In this document: one piece after another, positions 43,036-54,295 of the stretch | Numbering within the stretch: position 1 is the first letter of the stretch | Layout of the letters: the number at the start of each line of letters is the position of its first letter | IMG/VR virus record: IMGVR_UViG_3300037487_001184 | Coordinates: 1 to 64,000 of that record | DNA length: 64,000 nt | Direction: 5' to 3' (one strand) | Source of the DNA: a virus | Program-made: the position numbers and the translations under genes | The notes under the pieces: generated by a model | Told to the model about the DNA's origin: nothing | Seen by the model: only the letters and a program-made list of their open reading frames with translations | The model's database searches: none

Positions 43036-43792
43036 TTGATGGCTCCTTACTAGTATTTACTTGACCTATAATTGCTGTTAAATCTCCTATAAGTTTTGCT
43101 CTACCAGGAGCGCTGTTGCACTCAACAGTAAAGAGTGTCTCGTTGTCAACAACCACCACACCGAACTTAGGGTCAAACTTAGCCCTGCCTGACCAAGTTG
43201 TCAGATAATCATAGTAGACACAAGACATAGAATAAAGTTTCTTATCTAAATCCTTGAACCAAATTATACCAGGGCTGGAAAATAAGTATCGTTGGTAGAA
43301 GAAAGGCAGTACCATCTTAGGCTTTATCTTATAAACTTTGTTTGTAAGGTCTACCGCTGCCTTCAACATCTCTTGGGAGGCTGGAAAATAATGCAGATAC
43401 AAATTTTTCTTTACCAGCTTTTTAGACAAGAGTGTGTCGCCACCAAACATCCCGCCCCTATCCGTCATGAACCGAATATTCTTCTCCCTCACCGTTCCTT
43501 TATACCACTTCGTTACTTTATTATCTCTCATTAATAGAAACCACTCTGGGAGTGTATTTACACGTTTAGATAGAGGGATGCCCTTTCTCATTAAAGTTCT
43601 ATGCTTACTCATCAGTTCGGTTCGGTTCTTACCTTTTTCAGTAAGTGTATAGGTCTTCCCCTTTCTAGTCATAAACCCAGATGATATAAGAAATAACAGA
43701 CTATCTGCCTGACTTTTAGTAGGGGATTTGAGGGTTATAGTATTACCCTCTAGATTAGATAACAAAAAATCCCATGCAATATAGGCTATCAT
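43019..43792 (-). CDS. hypothetical protein, possible N-terminal winged helix
   Basis: Y.LTEKG motif; overlaps neighbours. Confidence 0.65.
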   Translation of the reverse strand: MIAYIAWDFLLSNLEGNTITLKSPTKSQADSLLFLISSGFMTRKGKTYTLTEKGKNRTELMSKHRTLMRKGIPLSKRVNTLPEWFLLMRDNKVTKWYKGTVREKNIRFMTDRGGMFGGDTLLSKKLVKKNLYLHYFPASQEMLKAAVDLTNKVYKIKPKMVLPFFYQRYLFSSPGIIWFKDLDKKLYSMSCVYYDYLTTWSGRAKFDPKFGVVVVDNETLFTVECNSAPGRAKLIGDLTAIIGQVNTSKEPSNAEVS

Positions 43793-44247
43793 GTGTAATG
43801 TTGCTTATGTCCAGCACCATAAGATTCGGTGTTATAATATCTGGTAGCCTGTTCATTACAGGTACTACACATCTTATTAGTGGTAGTGTTCTCTGAGTAG
43901 AAAATTCTATCGCACCCAAGACACCTAATCTCCCCAACGGAGATTTTCCTCATCCCGAAGAATGCACGCACTTCATCTACAGACATACCCTCAGATAAAT
44001 CACTGTTTATCTTTAGTTTGTATCGCTTCCGCTGCTCGCTTATGCATGTTTTCTTACCACATGTCTTACGATGCTCACCTCTAGCTTTTATAGGAGACCC
44101 GCATATGCAGCAATACCTGAGAGGGATTGCCCCTTTTCGTTTTTCGTATCTCATACGCTCCCCACAACGCTTCGAGCAATGTTTTTGACGTTTATCTCTG
44201 GGCTCGAAGTCGATCCCGCACCACGGACATTTCTTATTTTCAGCCAT
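43789..44247 (-). CDS. Cys-rich zinc-finger protein
   Basis: Multiple CxxC pairs; start adjusted to ATG. Confidence 0.7.
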   Translation of the reverse strand: MAENKKCPWCGIDFEPRDKRQKHCSKRCGERMRYEKRKGAIPLRYCCICGSPIKARGEHRKTCGKKTCISEQRKRYKLKINSDLSEGMSVDEVRAFFGMRKISVGEIRCLGCDRIFYSENTTTNKMCSTCNEQATRYYNTESYGAGHKQHYT

Positions 44248-44248
44248 T

Positions 44249-44309
44249 ATTGTACCATACTTTTTAAAAATTGTCAACTGTTGATTTTTCAACAAACTTA
44301 TGTTATACT
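44249..44309. promoter_or_regulatory. back-to-back divergent sigma70 promoters
   Basis: Minus strand TTGACA-17-TACAAT (44277-44249); plus strand TTGATT-17-TATACT (44281-44309); both have extended -10 TG. Confidence 0.7.
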
Positions 44310-44322
44310 AATGTAAATAAAT

Positions 44323-44628
44323 TTGGAGGAAGGCATGAAAAAAGAAGACGAGAACATAGTGAAAGAGGCTGTGAAAACTTTAAATCAGGAGCTAACTAAG
44401 GCGCGTGATTACAAGTCTCCAAAGCGGAGAATCGGGCTAGTTTGGCAAGCGGATGGTAATGCGGCAGTAATAGATATAGAGGATATTGAAGTCTTCTATG
44501 GAGATATGACCTCAATGCATATAAAAGCCAAGCTCCTTCATATCATCAACGACCCGTTCCATGTGGAGATTCACCATATTATCGAGGCATTCCTCCTGAA
44601 TAACCTTGATAGTGTATTAGATAAGTGA
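44323..44628 (+). CDS. hypothetical protein (lone + strand gene in the - strand block)
   Basis: Own promoter and GGAGG RBS. Confidence 0.65.
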   Translation: MEEGMKKEDENIVKEAVKTLNQELTKARDYKSPKRRIGLVWQADGNAAVIDIEDIEVFYGDMTSMHIKAKLLHIINDPFHVEIHHIIEAFLLNNLDSVLDK

Positions 44629-44741
44629 GAGGCGGGGGGTGCTGCAATTGGTTCGGTAGGGAGGCAATTCCTGAACCGCGCGGCACCCTCTACACTGCTA
44701 ATAATTACTTTCATCTTCAGTGCTTCACCCGCCAATTCTAG

Positions 44742-45821
44742 TTAACCAGAAGTTGATAGTACATCAGTAGTCCCTGTATCATACTTCACATACAAGGTTG
44801 TAACATTGCCTACCTTCAACGCGTAGAATGCAACATTGCCAGCGGCTGGCGTATCGGGGGCAGAGACCACAGTTGCTAACGCAGCAAAGGTACCTTGTGT
44901 TCCCTGGTTACCCTGTGTACCCTGATTTCCTTGAGTGCTTTGGTTGCCTTGTGTACCCTGATTTCCTTGAGTACCTTGGGTTCCTTCTCCAACAGTACCT
45001 TGAGTGCCTTGGTTGCCTTGTGTACCCTGATTTCCTTGAGTACCTTGGGTTCCTTCTCCAACAGTACCTTGATTACCCTGTGTGCCCTGTGTACCCTGAT
45101 TACCTTGAGGACCTGCCTCAGTACTAGCCGCACCAGTATTACCCTGATTGCCTTGAGTACCCTGATTACCCTGATTGCCTTGAGTACCAGAGTTCCCTGG
45201 ATTCCCCATATTACCCTGATTTCCCTGGCTTCCCTGTGTACCTTGAGGACCAGCTACTCCACTCTGATTACCCTGAGTGCCCTGTGGACCAGTGTTACCC
45301 TGAGTTCCTTGAGGACCCTGAGATCCGGTCTCACCAGTAGTACATGCTTCCCACGCTATGCCGGTAGAAACATAAAGTAGGTCAGTAGTAGTATCGTAGA
45401 AAAAAGCACCGGTATAATCCAGTGTTTTTAAAATATTAACTTTACAACCAGTACCACCACCACCTGTAGCTGCCACGTCATGAGCAACAGCATAGCCAGT
45501 TCCGCCAGCAAGTATTGCTATGCCAGTTACAGCGCCAGCATCGACAGATGTCACAGTAACAGTTCCGCTAGTACCACCAGCAATTGCTAATGTATTACCA
45601 ACTACGTATGTAGTTGCCCCGCCACTATGTAGACTCACTTCAGTAATAACACCAACAGGCGGTATCGCTGATGTTGCGCCTAGCATACACTTACCCATAA
45701 TTCTTTTGTTCACGCCGTCAGAGATGAGCATGACCTGTTTATCTTCTGCATACCCATAATCAAATTTGGATATAATTCCCTTTGTTGCCTGTACAAGTGT
45801 CGCAAATCGTTTGATTGCCAA
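44742..45821 (-). CDS. collagen-like (G-X-Q) virion/fibre protein
   Basis: GTQGNQ triplet repeats; Gly/Thr-rich module shared with 53592..54242. Confidence 0.85.
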   Translation of the reverse strand: MAIKRFATLVQATKGIISKFDYGYAEDKQVMLISDGVNKRIMGKCMLGATSAIPPVGVITEVSLHSGGATTYVVGNTLAIAGGTSGTVTVTSVDAGAVTGIAILAGGTGYAVAHDVAATGGGGTGCKVNILKTLDYTGAFFYDTTTDLLYVSTGIAWEACTTGETGSQGPQGTQGNTGPQGTQGNQSGVAGPQGTQGSQGNQGNMGNPGNSGTQGNQGNQGTQGNQGNTGAASTEAGPQGNQGTQGTQGNQGTVGEGTQGTQGNQGTQGNQGTQGTVGEGTQGTQGNQGTQGNQSTQGNQGTQGNQGTQGTFAALATVVSAPDTPAAGNVAFYALKVGNVTTLYVKYDTGTTDVLSTSG

Positions 45822-45932
45822 TTTAGTACCCCTTATTGTATAGCTTTACGCTACGGTTATACAGCAAATGCTGTAGTGGTGCCTCCACTTATATTATTTA
45901 ATACACCTATCATCAGGTTTGTCAATACGTTC

Positions 45933-46832
45933 CTATCCCCCCCGATTAATCCAGAAGCTATAGTTGCTCTTGTTGAATAAATATGGATTACCATCAATAA
46001 CAAAAGTGCCACCAGCATTCCATTTCGGGAAAGTATTTATTCTAGTAGACTTATACTCTGTATGCAATGGGTCACGCATACAACCACCATCAACAATCCA
46101 ATACTTACCAGATTTATCAAACCCGGTCGCTTGATGATGTGTATGCCCACATATTATATTCTTATGATAAATAGAAGCTAACTCTCTAGCAACAGCGAGC
46201 GGGAGTCTACTATAGTTATCCTGGTGTGCCACAAGGATTTCCGTCCCCCCCGATTCAAGAACACAATAAGAATACTCTGAGAACTCCACACCGGCTAGGC
46301 TCTTAAAGAAGTCAGCAATAGTTATCTCCCCATCAAGCTTATGAGCCAAGCGTCGCTCATGATTCCCTGTAGTGCAATGCACTTCAGAGAATAGACTCAG
46401 AAAAATTCTTAGTATCTTTACTGCTGGTTCTAACTCTTCTTTAAATGCAAGTTTATAAACCGTTGAGCGCGCCCATTTAGAGAAACTATCGAGTGATATA
46501 AAGTCTCCATTGATGATGAGAGTTTTAATATCAAACTTTTTAGCTATAGAACATGCTTGTTCTAATATCTCTGGGTCGTGGCACGGTACTTCTACATCTC
46601 CTATTACCATTGCCCGGTCTGCCTTAACCGTCATAAATTCGTCATATTTTGGCGTTCTGGGGGGAGGCATACTCTGCCTACTTTCCAATTTCCATCTCCT
46701 TATTGTGCGTTTAGATACGTCGTATTTAATTGCGAGGTCTGTGTTAGACATACGTGCCGCTTCTATTCTAAATTCTTCGTTATTTTTCACGTTTCTCCTT
46801 AAATCCACCAAACGACTCCAGCCCACACCCAA
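45933..46832 (-). CDS. calcineurin-like metallophosphoesterase with N-terminal HTH
   Basis: GD, NGD..D, GNHE, H and GHTH motifs. Confidence 0.88.
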   Translation of the reverse strand: MGVGWSRLVDLRRNVKNNEEFRIEAARMSNTDLAIKYDVSKRTIRRWKLESRQSMPPPRTPKYDEFMTVKADRAMVIGDVEVPCHDPEILEQACSIAKKFDIKTLIINGDFISLDSFSKWARSTVYKLAFKEELEPAVKILRIFLSLFSEVHCTTGNHERRLAHKLDGEITIADFFKSLAGVEFSEYSYCVLESGGTEILVAHQDNYSRLPLAVARELASIYHKNIICGHTHHQATGFDKSGKYWIVDGGCMRDPLHTEYKSTRINTFPKWNAGGTFVIDGNPYLFNKSNYSFWINRGG

Positions 46833-46881
46833 TAGAACTCATCCGGCAACAAAATTAGAGACTCGACAACTATGCTCATTA

Positions 46882-47235
46882 TTACTGCCTCTGCAGATTT
46901 TGCATCTGCTGCTGATAGTTCTGTTGCAGTTGCTGCATCTGCTGTTGAAACTGCTGTGCTGACTGTTGTTGCATCTGTGGATTACCTTGATTCTGTATCT
47001 GGCTTATTGTACGCTGTGTTTGCAGCCTAGCCATAGATGCCTGAAAATCCGCCTGTGCTTGTATAGTCTGCACCTGCTTCTGTTGCTGTTGTTGCTGAGT
47101 TTGTGATATGGGTTGGTTAAATTGCTGATTAGGTATCATAGGCATCGGGTTAGGTCCGCAACCTGGGCTCTGTGCCGAAGCTATACTTACTGCCGCCAAT
47201 ACCACAAACATTACAAATACAAATCCTTTTTTCAT
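46882..47235 (-). CDS. Gln-rich secreted protein
   Basis: Signal peptide; low-complexity Q tracts. Confidence 0.7.
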   Translation of the reverse strand: MKKGFVFVMFVVLAAVSIASAQSPGCGPNPMPMIPNQQFNQPISQTQQQQQQKQVQTIQAQADFQASMARLQTQRTISQIQNQGNPQMQQQSAQQFQQQMQQLQQNYQQQMQNLQRQ

Positions 47236-47821
47236 AATCTTACTCCCTAAGTTTTTACATCAACACTCTTATATAATACTAATATTGATTAGTCAAGTTT
47301 CATCACAATCAAATTCCTTAGCAGTATCACCGCTGTTTGCCTCTCCTTTTTGGTACAATGGGAGCTTCTTTCCTTCAGATTGAATCTCCCAAATGTCATT
47401 AATAATTTCAAGCAATTCCTCGTGAGTATGTCGTTGTTCTTTGCCACGACGTAATCTTCTATACAACTACATATCCTCAATATCTAGAGGAGTGCCGTTA
47501 TAATCGGTATACTCTTCGGCTGCTTCACGTTCGCGTATCAATTTAAGTTTAATACATTTCCGGCAATAGCAACCAGGCTCGTGTGTTATATCTCTAGTTA
47601 TATCGAATAACTCTTTATTTTCTTCCATCATTCCTCTACATCGCTCAAATTAATACGACTGCCACATGCACACTCAGCGTAAACTCTCAACTTATCATTC
47701 ATTACAAATCCAATAGTATACCAACGCATTTTGTCTTTCTTTATGGGACAGTATTTTACATGCTTATTCTTCCAAAGCATTACACACGTCACTTGATTGT
47801 CATCAAGTTTGAACTCCATTG

Positions 47822-48364
47822 CTATTTATCGCCCAGAATAAGCCTTCGAACTTTTACAAGATCAGTTAATAACTTACCCTTTAATTTATCTAACACTACT
47901 CCACGCGTTTCACTTGCATGAGTAACTTCGAGTAGACCTGATTTTGGTCCTATCATGAAAGCACCTACATGCCCATAAGTTCTAGCACTTCCACTCCAGG
48001 TCCAAAAACTTAAGTCTAAATGGTCAGCGTCATCTGACTTAACATCCTTACCTAACCATCCACCACCACCTGTAGCCATATCCCGTGCAGTGGTCCGCGA
48101 TATAGGAATTCCTGCCCGTCTAGCCGTTAGATACATATAGCGACTGCAATCGACTCCTAATTCTATAGGGTCGTCTGGTTTAATCTTATCCGACATGACA
48201 TACTTGGGGTTCTTCAGAATCATGAAGTTGAGTTCTTTCTCCCAACTCGCCGCATACTCAGGCGCTAGACTTTTGGCAGGGATACACCATAGGAATATAA
48301 TAATAATAATCAGGAATACTATTCCTCCAGTGTAAATCGCAAACTCACGGCTATCTCGGTCCAT
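47822..48364 (-). CDS. NlpC/P60 cell-wall peptidase with N-terminal membrane anchor
   Basis: GVDCS..A.I.I.RT, GHVG and HAS catalytic motifs. Confidence 0.85.
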   Translation of the reverse strand: MDRDSREFAIYTGGIVFLIIIIIFLWCIPAKSLAPEYAASWEKELNFMILKNPKYVMSDKIKPDDPIELGVDCSRYMYLTARRAGIPISRTTARDMATGGGGWLGKDVKSDDADHLDLSFWTWSGSARTYGHVGAFMIGPKSGLLEVTHASETRGVVLDKLKGKLLTDLVKVRRLILGDK

Positions 48365-48534
48365 TACTTACATTTCCCACAATCATATGCTGGAGTACCA
48401 CCGAGGTCTTTACACTGTTTCTCCTCTAACTGAACACATTTTATTCCAGGAAAGCAACAGTGTGTAAAAGGTTTTGTGCAGCCGATAAGGGCAAGCACGG
48501 CAACGATAATAAATGCTAACGCTAAATTTCTCAT
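48364..48534 (-). CDS. small Cys-rich lipoprotein
   Basis: LIGC lipobox; AAAGGAG RBS. Confidence 0.6.
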   Translation of the reverse strand: MRNLALAFIIVAVLALIGCTKPFTHCCFPGIKCVQLEEKQCKDLGGTPAYDCGKCK

Positions 48535-49222
48535 AATGTTCTCCTTTAACAAAAACCATTTGCACCATATAAAATACTGGGGGTATATCTCTGGTCCCCA
48601 CTAAAATAAGGTCCAGTTGGGTAAGGGTATGGATTAGTATAGGGCTGCGGAATCACCGGATTGGGATATGAATTCCTTTCTATCTCACGTATAATCACTG
48701 GTCCAGCCCGCTCTACCATCAATTTGGTTACAAGCTCCCGTAAGAACTCAACTTCTTTTTTAAGCATCTCTATTTTATCGTTCATTTTACAACCCCACAA
48801 TATTTATCAAGATTAAAGATAGGATGCCTGTTCCTTTCAGCCATTCGCTTCTCGTCTTCCTCTCGTAGAATCTTCGCTACCCTAGCCATACTAGCTTCCC
48901 ATTCAGGCGTTCCAATACGTAGTTTCTCTTTTACCTCTTTCACTGTCATCTTCTTCATTTCCTTGGGTCCTTATCAAACGGGGTAGGTATTCTTCCATCC
49001 TCAGTTGGTGCTGACTCTATTGAACCACCATTCATTTTCTTTGATGGAGCCCACTTTCTAGCCTTTGGTGGCTTAGGTTTTACCATATCGTTGACGTCAC
49101 CGAATTGATACTTCTGTGCTGGTGCTATAACCACAGGTGGAGTATCATTATCACATGTAGCCATAGATGATCCCATTAACGTGATCATGATCATGATTAG
49201 TAATATTCTCATCTGCACCCCA

Positions 49223-49702
49223 CTAACTATACGTAGCCAAGTAAATAAGCCCCAGTATTATACTGCATAATATTGCTGTGGGTCCATAAGTTGTTTCAAT
49301 TATCTGTTTAAACAACCCTTCAGGGAATAAGACTTTAGAAACAAAGAGTATCCCGCCTGTTATAAAGAACAAGCCTACAAGGAAAGAGGTAGACCTTAAC
49401 ACCACTACTCGATACAGCGCAAAGGAGTCACTATCGGGAAGGACTATAGGTGAGATGTACATGAAGATAGCAACTAAAATTATTAAGCCCATCGAGGATT
49501 GAATCCAACTCTTCATTTGTAGCCATAGATAATTATCCCGCCTAGTATGAACAATAGTCCATATGAGCAACCCAATCATTAATATCAACAGGGTTGCCTG
49601 GCCAGGCAAATCTAGCAACCTTGATAGATAATTCCAAACCAGGTCTAGAGCGTTCCACTCAGCTACGTCATTTACTATAACAATAGCGCTTGTACTCAAC
49701 AT
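49223..49702 (-). CDS. multi-pass membrane protein (holin-like candidate)
   Basis: About four hydrophobic segments near NlpC/P60. Confidence 0.55.
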   Translation of the reverse strand: MLSTSAIVIVNDVAEWNALDLVWNYLSRLLDLPGQATLLILMIGLLIWTIVHTRRDNYLWLQMKSWIQSSMGLIILVAIFMYISPIVLPDSDSFALYRVVVLRSTSFLVGLFFITGGILFVSKVLFPEGLFKQIIETTYGPTAILCSIILGLIYLATYS

Positions 49703-50339
49703 GCCTCCTTACTGGTGTAGTTAATACTTTCTCGTCACTCCAGCCAATATTTGACCGATGTATTAATGTAGCAGAGTTTATGCCAGTATGCCTTACCCAC
49801 TCCGCAATAGTCTTTCGTTCTCCTTCAAAAGTCATCCATCTATTGCTTCTTCTATTGTTACATTGTTCTAGCATAGTAACCCATCGGCAATTCCCTGGTT
49901 CATAATCCCCGTCATTATCTATACGATCTAATGTCAGATCATCAGAGCAATCCCCCATGTCTTCGTAGAAATTGACAAATCCGTCTCGACCTAACCACCT
50001 ATCACAGACTTTTATACCCCGACCTCCGTAGCTCTTATAAGCTTTATGACCAATCTCATAGCATCTCCGCTGCATATCTGCCCAGGCTAGGTGGGCTCTG
50101 GTCTCAATACCATTGCGTAAGCATTGCCCATGTCTTGTTTGTGTCTCCTTAATACGATCTAACTTATAACAACCACACGAGTTTGTGTTACCTATTTTTA
50201 AATCTGGTCCGCGTGCTTCTATTATATTTCCACAATCACACAAACAACTCCATCGTGAAGTACGCTTAACTACACCGACAAATTCTTGCACGGTCAATCT
50301 ACCGAATTTCTGTCCCACTAGATTCAATCTCTTACTCAT
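49668..50339 (-). CDS. HNH homing endonuclease-like protein (same family)
   Basis: Family motifs. Confidence 0.9.
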   Translation of the reverse strand: MSKRLNLVGQKFGRLTVQEFVGVVKRTSRWSCLCDCGNIIEARGPDLKIGNTNSCGCYKLDRIKETQTRHGQCLRNGIETRAHLAWADMQRRCYEIGHKAYKSYGGRGIKVCDRWLGRDGFVNFYEDMGDCSDDLTLDRIDNDGDYEPGNCRWVTMLEQCNNRRSNRWMTFEGERKTIAEWVRHTGINSATLIHRSNIGWSDEKVLTTPVRRHVEYKRYCYSK

Positions 50340-50380
50340 TATTACCACTCCTTATTGTGTCTATCCTTAGTGGTTTATTT

Positions 50381-50431
50381 GCTGGCAGGTGGCTAAGGTT
50401 TCCACTTTTCGGACCATGAATCCTAGCCAGC
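50381..50431 (-). ncRNA. conserved structured leader upstream of HNH gene (copy 1)
   Basis: GGCTAGG..CCGAAAAGTGG..CCACCTGCC on minus strand. Confidence 0.7.
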
Positions 50432-51643
50432 GCTTTTCAATTACTTAACCTCTATAGGTGGTATTTTTAACCATTCCTGGGTCCTTCTGTGCATTTCTCT
50501 ATTCGCCATAAATTCGACACGCAACCGCTCAAACACACTTTCTATCTCTTCGTGAATCCTATCATGGCTATCTATAATATATTTACGGTGCTCTTTAAGT
50601 TCCAAAGTATGATTAGCAAGCCCAGCATCAATTCGTTCTAATAACATAGCGTTGTTTTTCAATACCTCGACAGCGAGGATACCATTGCGATCCAGCTTTT
50701 CGGATAGTTCCAAAACACGTTTTGTCATCTGCCGGGTATGCTCACGAGCTACATGTGCATCTTCTACTTGGTATTGATAGTAGAAGTAAGCAATCCCGCA
50801 AACAGCTATGATAAAGCAAACACCTACCACCCAGGATATAAAGACCCTTAACTTACTCATTTTTACCCCTACCATTAATTAGTCTATTAATTACATCCAT
50901 TAGCCTTGTAGACGTGCCACTGGTTGTTTCCTTTATTTCTGTAAGTATCTGCTTGTTCTGCACATCAGACTGGCGCAAGTACGCATCGTGGGCGAGGGTG
51001 TTCTCAAGGATTAAATCAATCTTATTATGAGTCTCAACTTTAACCTTCTTCACATCCCGAATACGGTGATATACAAGATACCCGATAACAGGAAACAGAA
51101 CTATGGCTAGAATTATGAATGGTGTTATAGAGAACCAAGTCATACTACGTCCTTATCGACAGTTGTATCTTTGATTACCTCTTGTTTTAACGCAAAAAGT
51201 TCTATCAATAAAACATCCACCTTTGAATCTAAATTCTTTAGCCGAACAATTATCCCCGCCATGTTTCGGAGTAATTGAAGCGCTGTATTTTCTGATATTG
51301 GCACTGTTCATACTCCATTAGGCGTTACCCATAGGCTGCTCAACTTCACCAAAATCACATAAATCGTCAGGAATGGTGGCAAGATACTTTAATAAGTCCC
51401 CGTGTTTAGCAACGAAGAGGCAGTGGTAAATAATATTAGCAACCATCTGCTGCTCTTGTGGACTCATCTGACGTGAAATCAAATTCAACTCATACGCCAG
51501 ATAATTTAACACGCCTTGTGTTGCCATAGCAGTGCGCGCATTGCTAACTGTCTCATGTACCAACCGTTTCCCTTCATCCGATTCACATAACTTAAGCATC
51601 ACGTTTGGCTGCAGGATATATTTGGGATTGTTTTCTTTATTCA

Positions 51644-53494
51644 TTACAACTCACAAGAGTTACCTGCACAGGCAAATTCTCGACTACCTGTGGTAGTATC
51701 TGTATTCTCATACTCTGAAAGTTTACTGAAGTCAAGGACTGGGAGTTCTCTCAACAGTCTATGATATTCTATTTCTGATACCTCCTCATACGGAGCTTGC
51801 GCGTACGACTTGTTCTCGTATGGGAAGAAAGCAACTCCATTAATAGTATCAAAATGTTTATACACATAAGCTATAATCTCCAACCACTCATCATCTTTAA
51901 CAAAGATGGTGCAGCTCATGTTCTGTTCTGCCCAATTCTCTACTAACATTCTATACCACTCAAGTTGACCAATTGCTGTATCCTGCTCACGAGTCTTCGC
52001 TCCGTCTGGAGAACGCATAGGGAACGAGAATATTGCAGTATCGTGGTTGCCTTTGTCTAACTCATAAGGCATACCTTGGTCAACCATCATCCTAAACAGA
52101 GCATCGTGCATCGAGATACGTACGCGTCTAAGATAATAATTAGCCCACCTGGAGTGCATACCTGAAGAGCAATCAACCATCTGACTCACAGTACCACTAG
52201 GCTTTCCAAGCGTTATAGCTGCTGGCATATTTATACCAAGTGCTGCTGATGCCTGTTTAGCAGTCTTCACAGCGGTAGTACGCCAATGGCGTAGTGTCTC
52301 TGGTGTTATCAGATTTATATTATCACAGAGTCCTGTAAGTGATACCCCTAGTAACCTCTCTTCTTCTGCATTTTTAGCCCACTCAGGACGTAAATGAGGG
52401 AAGTATGTAAGTGTAGACTGAATACATCCCATCCAGGTCGCTGTTCGTATCTTGTCTGCTACACTATCAAAATCATCATCTGCTCGAATGACTACCTCAG
52501 TTAAATTGCATAAACCCATATCACGTAGTAGTGTTTCCCCACAGGGATTTGATATCACTATAGCACTCTTATCTCTACGTTTAGGGCTTCGTTTTCTCGC
52601 TGCCACTAAATTAAATATGCCACGCTCACCAGAGCCAGACTTAGCCATATCTATGAACTCTTGGGTAAACTTGAGGACATCAGGTTTCTTTCTATAAACT
52701 GCTGAGATATTTGCCATGAACCTTCTTGGGTGAAAGTTACCCTGCTTTGCATTCTGCATATCCATATCATCTACATCACATAAACATATCATAGCAGTCC
52801 GACGAACACCACCACAAACCACTGCAGACCCAATCTCACACATCATATCAAAAACTTCTATAGATTTAAGCTTACGATCTTGTGCTTCTATTATTGTTTC
52901 TCTCAAAAATTCCAAGCAGCGCGCTAGAGGCTCAGGACCGGAAGCATAACCGCCTGATATCACTAAGGGAGTTCCCGCTGGTCTCACTTGAGAGTAATCA
53001 AACACTGCATCTCTACCGTTGAACCATTCCTGTATACCAAAATCAACTGCTTTCTTCCAACCTAACCTGCTATCTCCAACAACATGCCTCAATGTGGGCA
53101 AATTCCGCTGCTTTTTTATCTCAGGAAGTTGCTCTAACCACTTCGCTTCCACTGAAAACCCAACTCCAGTACCAGCAAGTTCGATATACATTGCCTCACC
53201 AAACCCTTCTAGTGAGGATGAGCAGAAGCCTGAACAACCGTACGCAGCTATATTGTCTCGTCTTACATTCTCCCCAGCAGACCAGACAAGTCGCATACTT
53301 GCCATAACACCTTTTGTAAGCATATAATCTTTAATTTTTTTCTTTGTCTTGGTGGGTATATTCTGGCAGTTCTTCGTTTCGTTAAATATAAAATTGCAGT
53401 ATCTATCGACGGTTTCACTCCAGGTTTCACGCCGCTGAAGTTCTGGAAGGAAACGACTATATGTTCTTAAAAAGATGAAATCTTCGTACACCAT
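51644..53494 (-). CDS. nrdJ: class II (B12-dependent) ribonucleotide reductase
   Basis: RTYSR..RRETW.ETV.R, GTGVGF, GGVRRTA, NPCGE, CNLTE, KPSGTVSQ; C-terminal CAGNSC. Confidence 0.93.
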   Translation of the reverse strand: MVYEDFIFLRTYSRFLPELQRRETWSETVDRYCNFIFNETKNCQNIPTKTKKKIKDYMLTKGVMASMRLVWSAGENVRRDNIAAYGCSGFCSSSLEGFGEAMYIELAGTGVGFSVEAKWLEQLPEIKKQRNLPTLRHVVGDSRLGWKKAVDFGIQEWFNGRDAVFDYSQVRPAGTPLVISGGYASGPEPLARCLEFLRETIIEAQDRKLKSIEVFDMMCEIGSAVVCGGVRRTAMICLCDVDDMDMQNAKQGNFHPRRFMANISAVYRKKPDVLKFTQEFIDMAKSGSGERGIFNLVAARKRSPKRRDKSAIVISNPCGETLLRDMGLCNLTEVVIRADDDFDSVADKIRTATWMGCIQSTLTYFPHLRPEWAKNAEEERLLGVSLTGLCDNINLITPETLRHWRTTAVKTAKQASAALGINMPAAITLGKPSGTVSQMVDCSSGMHSRWANYYLRRVRISMHDALFRMMVDQGMPYELDKGNHDTAIFSFPMRSPDGAKTREQDTAIGQLEWYRMLVENWAEQNMSCTIFVKDDEWLEIIAYVYKHFDTINGVAFFPYENKSYAQAPYEEVSEIEYHRLLRELPVLDFSKLSEYENTDTTTGSREFACAGNSCEL

Positions 53495-53591
53495 GTATTA
53501 ACCCCGCTAAAGAATAATTTGGCAGCCGAAGCTGCCATCTAACAGCAAGCACATACCACAAATTATCTAAAAAGTCAAGGTACCTGCGCGT

Positions 53592-54242
53592 TTAAACTTC
53601 AATAGTATTTTTGTTCTTGAGCCCGTATACTACTGCCGTCCCAGTCCCCCCAGAGTAAACTAACATCGAATTTATACTTTCATCGTTTCTAATTATAACC
53701 TTTTCGCCCACTGGTATTGTTATAGCATTAGCAGAAGCGCCATTAAATCTAATCCCAGCCGCAGCATTGGTCCCGTTGTAAATATACAAGGCGGGATACG
53801 CTAACACTGAAACAGATGCAGTAGGAAAACTAGTTTCACTAAGTAATAAAGTAAGGGGCGTTACAAACGGCTCATCATCTGTGAGTGTAAGTCCTTCTAT
53901 TGCTGTGATAGTAACTGTACATGCTGCACCAAAACCGCCAGTTGTTGCTTTAGTGCCAATAGTATAACCGGTACCGCCAGTAACTAATGCAACTGCGGAT
54001 ATAACCCCTTGCGATTGTGTTATAGATACAGTTCCGCCAACTCCTCCCGCAAGAGTAAGGACATCACCAGTATGATAACCAGTGCCACCAACAACAGGTG
54101 TCGCAGTTATTGCAGTTATAGCACCAGTAAGAGTAGAGGGTTTAGTTCTAAAGTATCTACTTGTCTCTTTTTCTTCATCAACTTGAAACGTCATACCACC
54201 AATTACTATCACTTCATCAGAGGTATTTGTGTACGTAGGCAT
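53592..54242 (-). CDS. putative virion structural protein; paralog of 62077..62487
   Basis: MPTYxN start, shared C-terminal beta domain, inserted GGTGY module. Confidence 0.65.
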   Translation of the reverse strand: MPTYTNTSDEVIVIGGMTFQVDEEKETSRYFRTKPSTLTGAITAITATPVVGGTGYHTGDVLTLAGGVGGTVSITQSQGVISAVALVTGGTGYTIGTKATTGGFGAACTVTITAIEGLTLTDDEPFVTPLTLLLSETSFPTASVSVLAYPALYIYNGTNAAAGIRFNGASANAITIPVGEKVIIRNDESINSMLVYSGGTGTAVVYGLKNKNTIEV

Positions 54243-54295
54243 TAATCAATCTCCTTATTGTTAAAAATTAACGATACCCTTAATAAAATTAGGGG

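Noticed and set aside
40474-53494. Inteins or group I introns in polA and nrdJ
   Set aside because: Both ORFs are continuous and of normal length, and the HNH genes are free-standing
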